From NCBI GenBank assembly GCA_015233675.1, contig JADFXH010000002.1:14794-78793 (forward strand): DNA of 64,000 bases, read 5' to 3'. This stretch comes from Candidatus Omnitrophota bacterium. GTDB lineage: Bacteria; Omnitrophota; Gorgyraeia; Zapsychrales; Fredricksoniimonadaceae. Under the pieces are notes generated by a model. It searched no databases. It worked only from the letters and a program-made list of their open reading frames with translations, and was not told where the DNA came from. The translations under genes were made by a program, and so were the position numbers. This document shows positions 53,955-63,925 of this stretch, piece by piece; the stretch's first letter is position 1, and each line of letters opens with the position of its first letter.

Positions 53955-54824
53955 ATGCGGATATTTATTACAGGTTTATATAGTTTTGTCGGGCAGGAAT
54001 TGGTCAGGCAGTGTAAGGCCAAAGGCATTGAATGCCTGGGTGTTGATTTGATTGACGTTGAGGCCAAAAACTATTTTAAAGCGGATATCCGCGAGCCTAA
54101 GATAGCGGATTTGATCCCTGAAGGCATTGATGCGATAGTCCATTTAGCGGCAATGTCAAGGGACGGGGATTGCAAGAATAAAGGCTATGAATGTTTTGAT
54201 TCGAATGTCATGGGGACTCTTAATCTGATCAACGCCGCTCAAAGAAGGAACGTGAAGCAATTTGTATTTGCCTCTACCGAGTGGGTCTATGATTCGTTCA
54301 AAGAAAATGAAATTAAGGATGAAAATTCCGTTATTGATATAAGTAAATTAACATCGGAATATGCGCTTTCAAAGCTTGTGAGCGAGGCCAATTTCCGGCA
54401 AAAATTCGCTCACGGGTTTTGTCCGGTGACGATCCTGCGTTTTGGGATCATCTACGGACCGAGGGAAAAGAACTGGTCCGCAGTGGAATCTCTTTTTAAT
54501 ACTGTTAAGACCAAGGATGAGGTGGCGGTTGGTTCATTTAATAGCGGGCGATGTTTTATACATGTTGCGGATATCGTAGCAGGGATCATTGCTTCGCTGG
54601 GATTGCAGGGCTTAAACATTATTAATCTTCAGGGAGACAGGCTGATAACTTTGGGCGAAGTCATAGAGGCTTCAAAGGAAATTTTAAAATGCAATCCGCG
54701 TTTAATTGAAAAAGACCCGGCTAATGTCAGTGTCCGGTTGGTCTCCAACGCGCGGGCCAAAGCAGTATTGAATTGGCGCCCTATGTTTGACCTGAAAAAG
54801 GGCTTGGAGTCATTACAGGGATAA
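53955..54824 (+). CDS. NAD-dependent epimerase/dehydratase (SDR)
   Basis: ITGLYSFVGQEL and YALSK motifs. ATG 53955 lies 3 nt after the rfbH stop. Confidence 0.75.
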   Translation: MRIFITGLYSFVGQELVRQCKAKGIECLGVDLIDVEAKNYFKADIREPKIADLIPEGIDAIVHLAAMSRDGDCKNKGYECFDSNVMGTLNLINAAQRRNVKQFVFASTEWVYDSFKENEIKDENSVIDISKLTSEYALSKLVSEANFRQKFAHGFCPVTILRFGIIYGPREKNWSAVESLFNTVKTKDEVAVGSFNSGRCFIHVADIVAGIIASLGLQGLNIINLQGDRLITLGEVIEASKEILKCNPRLIEKDPANVSVRLVSNARAKAVLNWRPMFDLKKGLESLQG

Positions 54825-54866
54825 ACATAAAATATTCAAGAATTCTTAATTAGGCAAAGGAGTGAT

Positions 54867-55508
54867 ATGTGTTCAACATTACAGAAATTATCTTCCTATT
54901 CCAAATCAACCAGAAAGAAAATCCTGGATATCATCAATAAATCTAATGCCGGTCATATTGGAGCTTCTTTTTCAGTGGTGGAAATACTCAGGTCGGTTTA
55001 CAGCTCGGTTGATGTAAAAAGATCAAGGATCTTGCCGCAGACCGTGACAGGCTCATCCTCAGTAAAGGCCATGCGGCCGCGGCGCTGTATACCACACTAT
55101 TTAAGTTTGGTTTAATGAGTGAAAAAGATTTGGACACCTATAATTTAAATGATTCTCTATTGAGCGCTTATGTTAATCATCTTGTCTCTTGTGTCGAACA
55201 TTCCACCGATGCCTTGGGGCATCGGATTGCCGGTAGCTTTAGGAATAGCCAACGGGGAAGCCATCATGCTCGCGGGAAAGGATTTATTCGGTAAATATAA
55301 AAAGATTGTAATAGTTGAAGATAATTTTAATTCAGGACTATTCAATTCAGTGTGCCAATGGACGGTTGAAAATAGAATGAGCGCCACGCAACTTTATTCC
55401 ATAAGTCCAAAAGAATATTATGAAGAAAGGATAGGAGATTCGCAATACCTTGAAGATAAATATGGGTTAACCCCGCAGAAGATAGCTGCGCGGATGGGGA
55501 TCTTGTAA
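54867..55508 (+). pseudogene. Collapsed split-transketolase remnant (N-subunit head fused to C-subunit tail, at least 2 frameshifts)
   Basis: AGHIGASFSVVEIL then, after a frameshift in an A-run near 55016, DRDRLILSKGHAAAALY. After a second shift near 55216 it reads GLPVALGIANGEA, joined directly to KKIVIVEDNFNSGLF...YGLTPQKIA, which matches the C-terminus of the 34919-35851 paralog. Confidence 0.75.
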
Positions 55509-55517
55509 GACACCGAA

Positions 55518-56618
55518 ATGAAATGGAGACTGGATATGGCTCGGGAACCTTTATTTACGTTTATTTTTTGTGTTTATAACCGGCCTAATTTTACCCGGCT
55601 GGCTTTAGAAGCAATAATGGGGCAAACATACAAGAATTTAGAAATCATTATCGTTAATAACGGAGGAACGCCTGAAGTCGTTGAGTATGTGTTAAAGGCA
55701 CAAGCTTCGGACAACCGTATCAAAATCCTTCATCATAAAGAGAATCAGTTCTCGTTGGATGATCATGCGTTGATATATAGAGTATGTATTTCCCCTGCCC
55801 TTATGACAGCTACGGGGGAATATGTGTATTTGCATTTTGATGATGACCTGCTTTCCAATGACTACGCAGAAAAGATGGTGGCTCTTTTTTTGGGAAACCC
55901 GGATTGTACAAGCGCCGCCGGCCTTCCTAAGAGAATTAATGCAACAGGGGAAATTATTAGTCCGGAGGCTCGAACGAATAACTATCGTCCGCGCTATATG
56001 CCCGGCCATTTGCTGGTATTAAGTACTTTTTGTACGAATAGTCGATTTCTGTACGGTATAATGTTTAGCGCTCCTGGGGTCATTTTTTCGTTTCACAGGG
56101 AAACTTTGATTAAAGCAGGCGGGTATAATGTTTGCATTGAGCAAAGTCAGTTATATGGAATAGTTCCTTTTGGTGTGACGGGATATGATGAAACCGCTAT
56201 TGCGTATTGCAGGATACATGCGGGCCGGACGAGTGCTTATCTAAATCGATTAGGATGGACTTCGTCGAGATACATAGTTAATTTCGTCAAAGATTGGCAG
56301 ATTGAAGAACGCTGGAAGGTTTTCGGTGAAGATGTTGCCAAATATGTTGTAGAAAACATTGTCAATAATACCTTTGAGGACGACACGCTGTGGTTCGTTG
56401 TCAATTTTTATTTCTTCCGATTTAAAGCCTGTGTGTATGCATTTAGAATGATGTGGTTCAGGTCGTATTTCTGGAAAAGGCTTCCCGTTCTTTTGTGGAT
56501 AGAAAAAAGGCAGTTTAAATATTTCATGAAGCCGCATATTCGACGCATTTTCGAATCTCAGGTTTGGCTGCAAAAAGTTCCTGCGTTGTCCTGGCTTAAA
56601 GAAAAGGCTTTTAAATAA
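55518..56618 (+). CDS. Family 2 glycosyltransferase
   Basis: FTFIFCVYNRPNFT...NLEIIIVNNGG and HFDDD (DxD) motifs. An alternative start lies at 55545. Confidence 0.75.
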   Translation: MKWRLDMAREPLFTFIFCVYNRPNFTRLALEAIMGQTYKNLEIIIVNNGGTPEVVEYVLKAQASDNRIKILHHKENQFSLDDHALIYRVCISPALMTATGEYVYLHFDDDLLSNDYAEKMVALFLGNPDCTSAAGLPKRINATGEIISPEARTNNYRPRYMPGHLLVLSTFCTNSRFLYGIMFSAPGVIFSFHRETLIKAGGYNVCIEQSQLYGIVPFGVTGYDETAIAYCRIHAGRTSAYLNRLGWTSSRYIVNFVKDWQIEERWKVFGEDVAKYVVENIVNNTFEDDTLWFVVNFYFFRFKACVYAFRMMWFRSYFWKRLPVLLWIEKRQFKYFMKPHIRRIFESQVWLQKVPALSWLKEKAFK

Positions 56619-56639
56619 ATATTAAATATTAGGAGAAAA

Positions 56640-57614
56640 ATGAAAAAAGTCTTGATCACTGGCGCGGGGGGGTTTATAGGGTCTCATCTGGCTGAATATT
56701 GTGTGAGCCGGAAAATCCAGGTGCGGACTTTTGTCCGGTACAATTCTCGTAATTATTGGGGGTGGCTGGAACAAAGTCCCTGCCGTGGGGATATTGAAGT
56801 ATTGACGGGAGACATCCGCGATTATGACTCGGTTTTTAGTGCCATGAAAGGCTGTGACAGCGTTTTTCATTTGGCCGCCCTGATCGGTATTCCCTATTCG
56901 TATGTTTCGCCGTTGGCGTATATAAAAACAAATGTTGAAGGCACCTATAACGTTCTTCAATCATCTAAAGAATTAGGCCTAAAGAATGTGATCGTGACAT
57001 CAACCAGTGAGACATATGGGACCGCCCAGTATGTCCCGATTGACGAAAAACATCCTTTGGTGGGTCAGTCTCCTTATTCGGCCAGTAAGATCGCCGCAGA
57101 CCAGCTGGCGCAAAGTTATTGTCGTTCTTTTGGGCTGCCTGTAAGAATTGTACGTCCTTTTAATACGTATGGCCCGCGGCAATCCGCGCGCGCTGTCATC
57201 CCGACAATTATTTCTCAGATATTAGCCGGTTGCAGGGAATTGAAACTTGGTAATGTTACTCCCACACGGGATTTTAATTATGTCAAAGATACGGTCCGGG
57301 GGTTTTGGGAAATTTCCCAAGCGAAAGAATTTTTGGGGGAGACGGTAAATATTGGGACGGGGACAGAGGTCTCTATTAAAGATTTGGTGGGGAGCATTTC
57401 CAGGCTATTAGGGCAGAAGGTAAAAATTATTCAGGAGCGTCAGCGGATCCGTGGGGCTGAGACAGAAGTTGACAGGCTTTGCTGTGACAACACTAAATTG
57501 ATCCGAGCCACAGGGTGGAGGCCTCAGTATGATTTAGAAAAAGGTCTTCAAGAAACAATACCGTGGATAAAGAAGAATTTAGCGGCATATAAGCCGGATT
57601 TTTATAATGTTTGA
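56640..57614 (+). CDS. legB: NAD-dependent NDP-HexNAc 4,6-dehydratase, LegB-like
   Basis: YNSRNYWGWLEQSP, SETYGTAQYVPIDEKHPL, SPYSASKIAADQL and RPFNTYGPRQSARAVIPT closely parallel my recollection of Campylobacter LegB. Confidence 0.65.
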   Translation: MKKVLITGAGGFIGSHLAEYCVSRKIQVRTFVRYNSRNYWGWLEQSPCRGDIEVLTGDIRDYDSVFSAMKGCDSVFHLAALIGIPYSYVSPLAYIKTNVEGTYNVLQSSKELGLKNVIVTSTSETYGTAQYVPIDEKHPLVGQSPYSASKIAADQLAQSYCRSFGLPVRIVRPFNTYGPRQSARAVIPTIISQILAGCRELKLGNVTPTRDFNYVKDTVRGFWEISQAKEFLGETVNIGTGTEVSIKDLVGSISRLLGQKVKIIQERQRIRGAETEVDRLCCDNTKLIRATGWRPQYDLEKGLQETIPWIKKNLAAYKPDFYNV

Positions 57615-57626
57615 TAAGAGGTCTCC

Positions 57627-58691
57627 ATGAGAAAAGCAGGAAAAGATTTCTTTATTACGAAAAAATTGACAGTAAAAGAAGCTATGCTGCGCATGAGCCA
57701 GATTGCCGAGAAACAGCTTTTTGTCATTGATGAGAAAAAGAAACTCTTCGGAGCTCTTTCCGACGGAGATATCCGTAAATGGATTTTAAAAGGAGGGCAT
57801 TTAAGAGAAAAGGTTGAGCATGTATGCAATCACCAGCCGCGGTTTGTAAAAAAGAATTATGATATAGATTTGGTTCGTAAGTTAATGCTCAAGCTTAAGA
57901 TTACGGCTATTCCGGTTCTTGCAGAAGATAGCTCTGTAGATGAGGTATTGACCTGGGAGCGTGTTTTTGCGGGAGAAGTAAAAAGACATATTAATAAGAT
58001 CAATGTCCCGGTTGTCATTATGGCCGGCGGTAAAGGGACGCGCCTGGATCCTTTTACGCGCATTCTTCCCAAGCCTCTTATTCCTATCGGAGAGAAGCCA
58101 ATCTTGCAAATCATTATGGATAAGTTTGTCGAACAAGGGGGGCGTAAATTCTTTCTCTCGATTAATCATAAGGCCAGGATGGTCAAGTCCTACTTTGAGG
58201 AGTATGGTGCAGGGTATCGCATTTGTTATATTGAAGAAAATAGGCCTTTGGGGACGGTCGGAAGTTTGCGGCTTCTTAAGGGCAGGATCAAGGGAGTATT
58301 TTTAGTTACGAATTGCGATACCATCATTAATATTGATTACAACGAGATCGTCAAATTTCACAAGGACAACGGATATGACATGACCCTTGTTGTTTCATGC
58401 AAACGCTATGTCATTCCCTATGGCGTTTGCGAGGTACATAGCGGAGGGCTTTTGAAGTCTATTAATGAAAAACCAGAGCATGACTATTTGGTCAATACGG
58501 GGATGTATGTGATGAGCTCAAGAATTTTTGATTTTATACCTGTGGGGAAGGTCATGCATATCAACGAGCTGATCGCTAAAATTAAGAATAAGGGTATGAG
58601 TGTCGGGCTTTTTCCCATTGATGAGAAAGCCTGGATCGATATCGGGCAGTGGGATGAGTATCATCGTGCTGTCAGGCAATTGGGTGGATAA
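57627..58691 (+). CDS. CBS-pair + sugar-phosphate nucleotidyltransferase (PtmE-like)
   Basis: N-terminal CBS repeats, then VVIMAGGKGTRLDPFTRILPKPLIPI. Confidence 0.75.
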   Translation: MRKAGKDFFITKKLTVKEAMLRMSQIAEKQLFVIDEKKKLFGALSDGDIRKWILKGGHLREKVEHVCNHQPRFVKKNYDIDLVRKLMLKLKITAIPVLAEDSSVDEVLTWERVFAGEVKRHINKINVPVVIMAGGKGTRLDPFTRILPKPLIPIGEKPILQIIMDKFVEQGGRKFFLSINHKARMVKSYFEEYGAGYRICYIEENRPLGTVGSLRLLKGRIKGVFLVTNCDTIINIDYNEIVKFHKDNGYDMTLVVSCKRYVIPYGVCEVHSGGLLKSINEKPEHDYLVNTGMYVMSSRIFDFIPVGKVMHINELIAKIKNKGMSVGLFPIDEKAWIDIGQWDEYHRAVRQLGG

Positions 58692-59459
58692 ATGAACGAA
58701 TATGGATCTTACATTAAATCTGAAGGCCTAGACCAGCTGATTGATTTTAGAGAAAGCGCTAAATATCTAAAAGGGGGCATTGATACTGTAAGCGGAAAAT
58801 TTAGGACGCCTTTTCCTCCCGAGCCGGAAGATTTGGCGTATTTGCATAAAATCATCAGGCAGAGAAAATGTTTTACGGTTTTAGAATTCGGGATCGGTTA
58901 TTCAACAATCATCATAGCAGATGCCTTAAGAAAGAATAAAAAAGAGTGGGAGGCTCTTGCCCATAAACCAGCGATCAGAAATCGTTTCATGTTTCAAGTT
59001 TTTTCCGTTGACGCTTCTAAGAAATGGATCAAAAGCGTAAAAAAGATAATCCCGAATGATTTTTGTTCTATGGTTCACTTGCAATACAGTCTGGTTGAAA
59101 TAGGGACGTTTAACGGACAACTTTGCCATTTTTATAAGGACCTTCCGGATATTGTCCCGGATTTCATTTATCTTGACGGGCCTTCGCCTAAGGATGTCAA
59201 AGGCAATATTAACGGTCTCAGTTTTCAATGTGATGAACGCACTGTGATGTCGGGAGATCTATTGTTAATGGAACCAACCTTTTTGCCCGGCACTTTTATT
59301 TTAGTTGATGGGCGAACAAATAATACCCGTTTTTTAAAGAATAATTTTAAAAGAAAATATGAAATTAATTGGGACAAGAAGAGAGATGTAACGACTATCG
59401 AATTAACTGAAGATAGGCTTGGGAAATACAACCTCCTCGGGGCTGATTTCTTAAAATGA
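58692..59459 (+). CDS. Hypothetical protein, possible class I methyltransferase fold
   Basis: VLEFGIGYST and DFIYLDG resemble SAM-MTase motifs I and post-II. This is weak evidence. Confidence 0.4.
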   Translation: MNEYGSYIKSEGLDQLIDFRESAKYLKGGIDTVSGKFRTPFPPEPEDLAYLHKIIRQRKCFTVLEFGIGYSTIIIADALRKNKKEWEALAHKPAIRNRFMFQVFSVDASKKWIKSVKKIIPNDFCSMVHLQYSLVEIGTFNGQLCHFYKDLPDIVPDFIYLDGPSPKDVKGNINGLSFQCDERTVMSGDLLLMEPTFLPGTFILVDGRTNNTRFLKNNFKRKYEINWDKKRDVTTIELTEDRLGKYNLLGADFLK

Positions 59460-60451
59460 GCCAGAAATTTGAAAAAAAGAAAAAGCTTAAGGTCCTTGTC
59501 TGCGGATTTGGATCAGTAGGCAGCCGGTATGCCCGTATCCTGCGCAAAGGCTTTGATCTTGATATTGTTTTGTTTCGCCGGAAGCATCGGGGTAACTCCT
59601 TTGGGATACCGGAATTATACCGGTGGGAAGATATTCGACGCTATGCCCCGGACATTGCTTTTATTACTAACCCTACGTATCAGCATATTTCCACTGCCTT
59701 AGCCGCAGTTTCAACGGGCGCTCATATTTTTTTGGAAAAACCGATTTCCCATTCATTAGCTGGAATTCGGCAGCTGGAACAGGAGTGTAAACGGCGCAGG
59801 AAAGTTTGTTATGTCGCCTACACACTGCGGTTTGTACCGATTGTCCAAAAAGCAAAACAAATTTTAGTTGGGCGAAAAATTTTGCACGGCCGGGCGGTTT
59901 GTTCTTCATCCCTTTTAGACTGGCGGCCCGGAAGGCAGGTTAAGGACTGTTACTCTTCTTATCGTGGTCAAGGAGGAGGGGTCATCCTGGAGGTCTCACA
60001 TGAGTTTGACCTTATGGAATATTTAATTGGTAAAGCTGACCAGATCAGTGGTTGGCATGGCAGGCTGGCTGATATCACTGTTGATGCTGAAGATACTGCG
60101 GATGCCATCATGTGGTTTGCCAACGGGGTATGTGCGAATATTCATCTGAATTTTATGAGCCGTAAGCCGGAGAGATTCTTTCATATTGATTTCGAAGGTG
60201 GGTTTTTGCGTGGGGATTTATTGAAGCATACGTTGGTTTTCCATAATAAGGGAATCGAAAAAGTCTATCATATGCCTTGTGAAAAGGACGATTATTTCGG
60301 TAAGCAAGTTAAGTTTTTTTTAAAGCATTTGGATGATCCGGGAATGATGAACAACCTTTCTCAAGCTAAGGGGTTATTTGAGAAAATTATTAATTTCAGG
60401 AGAAAGAAATATGGCAGTATTGCTGACCATCGCCGCTCGGGGCGGATCTAA
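59456..60451 (+). CDS. Gfo/Idh/MocA-family oxidoreductase
   Basis: VLVCGFGSVGSRY Rossmann motif and FLEKP motif. Confidence 0.75.
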   Translation: MSQKFEKKKKLKVLVCGFGSVGSRYARILRKGFDLDIVLFRRKHRGNSFGIPELYRWEDIRRYAPDIAFITNPTYQHISTALAAVSTGAHIFLEKPISHSLAGIRQLEQECKRRRKVCYVAYTLRFVPIVQKAKQILVGRKILHGRAVCSSSLLDWRPGRQVKDCYSSYRGQGGGVILEVSHEFDLMEYLIGKADQISGWHGRLADITVDAEDTADAIMWFANGVCANIHLNFMSRKPERFFHIDFEGGFLRGDLLKHTLVFHNKGIEKVYHMPCEKDDYFGKQVKFFLKHLDDPGMMNNLSQAKGLFEKIINFRRKKYGSIADHRRSGRI

Positions 60452-61121
60452 AGGTGTAAAAAATAAGAATATTCGAGAGCTGTGCGGGAAACCTTTAATT
60501 GCCCATAGTATTGACCAGGCGAAACGGTGGGCAGGGGCAAAGAGGATTGTCTGTTCGACAGATTCCCCCGCTATAGCGGAAGTTGCCAAGGCTTATGGGG
60601 CCCAAGTGCCATTTATGCGTCCGGCAGAATTTGCCACGGATACGGCGGGCAAGATCGATGTTTTGCGTCACGCTTGGCTAGAAAGCGAGCGGGTCTTTGG
60701 GGAGCGCTATGATATGCTGCTTGATTTGGATGCAACCGCGCCAATTCGTAAGATCGAAGATATCGAGGGGGTTTATCAGTTATTCTTAAAGAGTCAGGCG
60801 GACGTGGTGACCACAGGGACCTTGGCCCGCAAAAGCCCGTATTTCAATATGTTAGAGGAAGCTACTGATGGTTATTGCTATCTTAGCAAGAAGCCTCAAC
60901 AACCGATCCTTCGCCGGCAGGATGCTCCCAAGGTTTATGATCTTAACGCTTCAATTTATGTTTATAGGCGTGAATATCTTTTAGATAAGAAAATACGGTC
61001 TTCAACCCAGGGACGTACACTGATCTGGACAATGGATGATACCTCCGCTTTTGATATTGACAGAGAGGTGGATTTTTTATTTGTGGAGTATCTTGTGTCC
61101 AAAGGAGTAATTATTCTATGA
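60411..61121 (+). CDS. Acylneuraminate (nonulosonate) cytidylyltransferase, NeuA/LegF family
   Basis: AARGGSKGVKNKN signature. ATG 60411 has the SD AGGAG, and I prefer it to the TTG at 60378. Confidence 0.8.
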   Translation: MAVLLTIAARGGSKGVKNKNIRELCGKPLIAHSIDQAKRWAGAKRIVCSTDSPAIAEVAKAYGAQVPFMRPAEFATDTAGKIDVLRHAWLESERVFGERYDMLLDLDATAPIRKIEDIEGVYQLFLKSQADVVTTGTLARKSPYFNMLEEATDGYCYLSKKPQQPILRRQDAPKVYDLNASIYVYRREYLLDKKIRSSTQGRTLIWTMDDTSAFDIDREVDFLFVEYLVSKGVIIL

Positions 61122-61909
61122 CAGATTACCTCAGTTTATTCTTGTTGAAGAAAAAAAGAATAGTAGTGACCGGAGGGTGCGGCCTTATTGGCAGGGAAAT
61201 CGTTGCCGCATTGGGGCAGGCCGGAGCCAGTGTGGTAGCCGCAGATGTGGATGAAGTCAAGGGGCGTCTGCTCCAACGGGAATATCCTGCAACAGGCGGG
61301 AGTGTTGTGTTTCGTTGTTTTGATATGACTAGTTTAGAGAAGATGGAACAGAATATTACTGCTCTTGTAAAAGAAGCCGGCGGGTTGGATGTTTGGGTTA
61401 ATGCCGCCTTTCCCAGGACAAAAGATTGGTCAACAAAAGTTGAAGATATAACGGTTGAGTCCTGGAATACAAATGTTGAATGGCAGCTTAATAGTTACGG
61501 TTTAAGTGCAAAATATGCCGCTGAACATATGAAAGAAAAGGGCGGGAGCATTATTCTTTTTGGTTCCATCTATGGTGTCGTCGGAGGGCAATTTGAGATT
61601 TATAACGGTACAGGGATCAACCCCTGTTCGCCGATCTATGCCGCGGTCAAAGGCGGAGTAATTAATTTGGCACGATATTACGGAGCTTATTTTGGCAAAT
61701 ATGGGATTCGCGTTAACGCTCTTTGTCCCGGAGGAGTGTTTGACGGACATCCCCAGGCATTCGCTGAAAGTTACGGCAGACGGACGCCTCTTGGCCGGAT
61801 GGCCAAACCGCAGGAAATGGCAGCCGCAACTTTATTCCTAGCTTCGGATGCTTCATCTTATATGACCGGAGCCGTCATGATGGTGGATGGGGGGTGGACA
61901 GCCATATGA
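61118..61909 (+). CDS. Short-chain dehydrogenase/reductase
   Basis: VTGGCGLIGREI and YAAVK motifs. Confidence 0.8.
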   Translation: MTDYLSLFLLKKKRIVVTGGCGLIGREIVAALGQAGASVVAADVDEVKGRLLQREYPATGGSVVFRCFDMTSLEKMEQNITALVKEAGGLDVWVNAAFPRTKDWSTKVEDITVESWNTNVEWQLNSYGLSAKYAAEHMKEKGGSIILFGSIYGVVGGQFEIYNGTGINPCSPIYAAVKGGVINLARYYGAYFGKYGIRVNALCPGGVFDGHPQAFAESYGRRTPLGRMAKPQEMAAATLFLASDASSYMTGAVMMVDGGWTAI

Positions 61910-62946
61910 ACCAAGAAATTATTATCAATGGACGGCAAATAGGAGATCAACATGAGCCATTTGTCATGGCAGAGGTAGGCATAAACCATGAAGGAAGTTT
62001 TAAGAAAGCTAAACAATTGGTTGATGCGGCTGTTAAAGCAAAAGCGGACTGTGTTAAATTTCAATGCCACATCGTTGAAGAAGAGATGATCCCCACAAAT
62101 ATGAGGCCCGGCAAGATTTCTACAGAACGTTTATGGGATATTATCAAGCGCTGTGAGTTGTCTGAAAAAGAGGAAATTGCGATTAAGGAGTATTGTGAAC
62201 AAAAAGGTATTATTTATTTATCGACTCCTTTTTCTCGTAAAGCGGCGGATCGTCTTAATGGTATGGGTGTTGCTGCTTTTAAGATCGGCTCCGGTGAATG
62301 CAATAATGTTCCTTTGCTCGAACACGTTGCAAGGATGGGCAAGCCGATTATTTTATCGACAGGGATGAATGATATTGCCTCTATCCGTCGATCCATTGCG
62401 GTAATTAAGAAATATAAATGTCCTTTGATGCTCATGCATTGTACCTCCATGTATCCGACCCCTTATGAAAAAGTACGATTAGGAGCGATTGCTCATCTTA
62501 AAAAGACCTTTGAGCTGCCGGTGGGCTTAAGTGATCATTCATTAGGGATCTATACTTGTCTTGGAGCGGTCGCATTGGGGGCTTGTGTTTTGGAAAAACA
62601 TTTTACGATTACCCGTCAATGGCCCGGTCCCGATGTCCCGATTTCCATTGAGCCGGATGAATTGGAAGAAATGGTCAAGGGTGCCCGTGCTATTTTTGCC
62701 GCTCGGGGAGTAGTTAAGGCCATATTACCTGAAGAGCAACCGGTGATCGATTTTGCTTATGCATCGGTTGTATCCATTCGCGCTATCAAGGCCGGAGAAA
62801 TTTTGGATCATGGGAATATTTGGGTTAAACGTCCCGGAACAGGCCCTTTGTTAGCCAAAGATTTTAAGAATATTTTGGGCAAAAAGGCGGCGAGAAAGAT
62901 TGCCGCGGACAAGCAAATAAAGCCCGAGGATATTTTAGGTTTTTAA
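61906..62946 (+). CDS. Nonulosonic acid synthase, NeuB/LegI family
   Basis: FVMAEVGINHEGS...CVKFQ N-terminus and a C-terminal SAF/antifreeze-like domain. ATG 61906 overlaps the upstream stop (ATGA). Confidence 0.85.
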   Translation: MNQEIIINGRQIGDQHEPFVMAEVGINHEGSFKKAKQLVDAAVKAKADCVKFQCHIVEEEMIPTNMRPGKISTERLWDIIKRCELSEKEEIAIKEYCEQKGIIYLSTPFSRKAADRLNGMGVAAFKIGSGECNNVPLLEHVARMGKPIILSTGMNDIASIRRSIAVIKKYKCPLMLMHCTSMYPTPYEKVRLGAIAHLKKTFELPVGLSDHSLGIYTCLGAVALGACVLEKHFTITRQWPGPDVPISIEPDELEEMVKGARAIFAARGVVKAILPEEQPVIDFAYASVVSIRAIKAGEILDHGNIWVKRPGTGPLLAKDFKNILGKKAARKIAADKQIKPEDILGF

Positions 62947-62950
62947 ATAA

Positions 62951-63925
62951 ATGACACCTCACCTTAAAGAGCATAGAGTCATTATTACAGGAGCCTGTGG
63001 GGCCATTGGTTTTGCCTTATCAAAGCGTTTGGCAGAAGCTGGGGCCATGGTCATAGGTTTAGACCGGGCAGGTTCACAAGAGACGTTTGCTGCGGATGTT
63101 AAGGGGTCAAGATTATACATAGGAGATCTTTTAAACATAGCTTTCTTAACGAATGCTTTTCAGGAAGCCAGCAAGTTTGGATCTGTGACGGCGGTATTGC
63201 ATCTGGCCGGACAAAGCGATGCGAATCAGTGTGAAGTTGACCCGCCATTGGCGTATCGGCAGAATGTCATACTCACGGCCAATGTCCTTGAGGCAAGCAT
63301 TAAGCATCGTATCTCCAGATTTATTTTCCCTTCCACAGCGTATGTTTACGGGACGGAATACCAGGAAAAGATCAAAGAAGATTTCCCTGTTCTTCCTTGG
63401 GGAGTGTATTCTCTTACGAAACTATCCTCGGAAACGATCATTAAGAGTTACGTTAATCTTGGGTCTATTAATGCGGATATCCTGAGGATCAGTAATACTT
63501 ATGGCCCTTCATGGAAACGCAACACAATTTTGGGAGACATGATATCCCAGGCAGAGGGCAACAGTAAGATTATTTTACGTAATTTGCGGGTAGTGAGGGA
63601 TTTTATATATATGGACGATGTGATTGAAGCATTTATGCGTTTGATCGTCGCTGAGCGTCCGGGATGCCATACCCTCAATCTTTCGACAGGACAGGGGACT
63701 TCAGCAGGGGAGTTGGCGAGTTTGTTTTGTGATATTTGGGGACTTCCCCAAGAAGCCGTTGAAAGCCCGGCGGATCCTAAAGCAACGGCATCGTGGCTGG
63801 TTTTAGATAATCAAGCTCTTTATGGCCGGCTGGGATGGCGTCCGTCAATCAGCACCCGGGAAGGGTTAAAAAAAATCTTGGCAATATTAAAAGAACAACG
63901 GAAAATATGTCAAAACGAAAAATAG
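62951..63925 (+). CDS. NAD-dependent epimerase/dehydratase (SDR)
   Basis: ITGACGAIGFAL and YSLTK motifs. Confidence 0.75.
   Translation: MTPHLKEHRVIITGACGAIGFALSKRLAEAGAMVIGLDRAGSQETFAADVKGSRLYIGDLLNIAFLTNAFQEASKFGSVTAVLHLAGQSDANQCEVDPPLAYRQNVILTANVLEASIKHRISRFIFPSTAYVYGTEYQEKIKEDFPVLPWGVYSLTKLSSETIIKSYVNLGSINADILRISNTYGPSWKRNTILGDMISQAEGNSKIILRNLRVVRDFIYMDDVIEAFMRLIVAERPGCHTLNLSTGQGTSAGELASLFCDIWGLPQEAVESPADPKATASWLVLDNQALYGRLGWRPSISTREGLKKILAILKEQRKICQNEK

Noticed and set aside
54867-55508. Two separate small genes (82 aa and 112 aa) as listed in the ORF track
   Set aside because: Both are fragments of one frameshifted, internally deleted transketolase paralog. I annotated them as a pseudogene instead.
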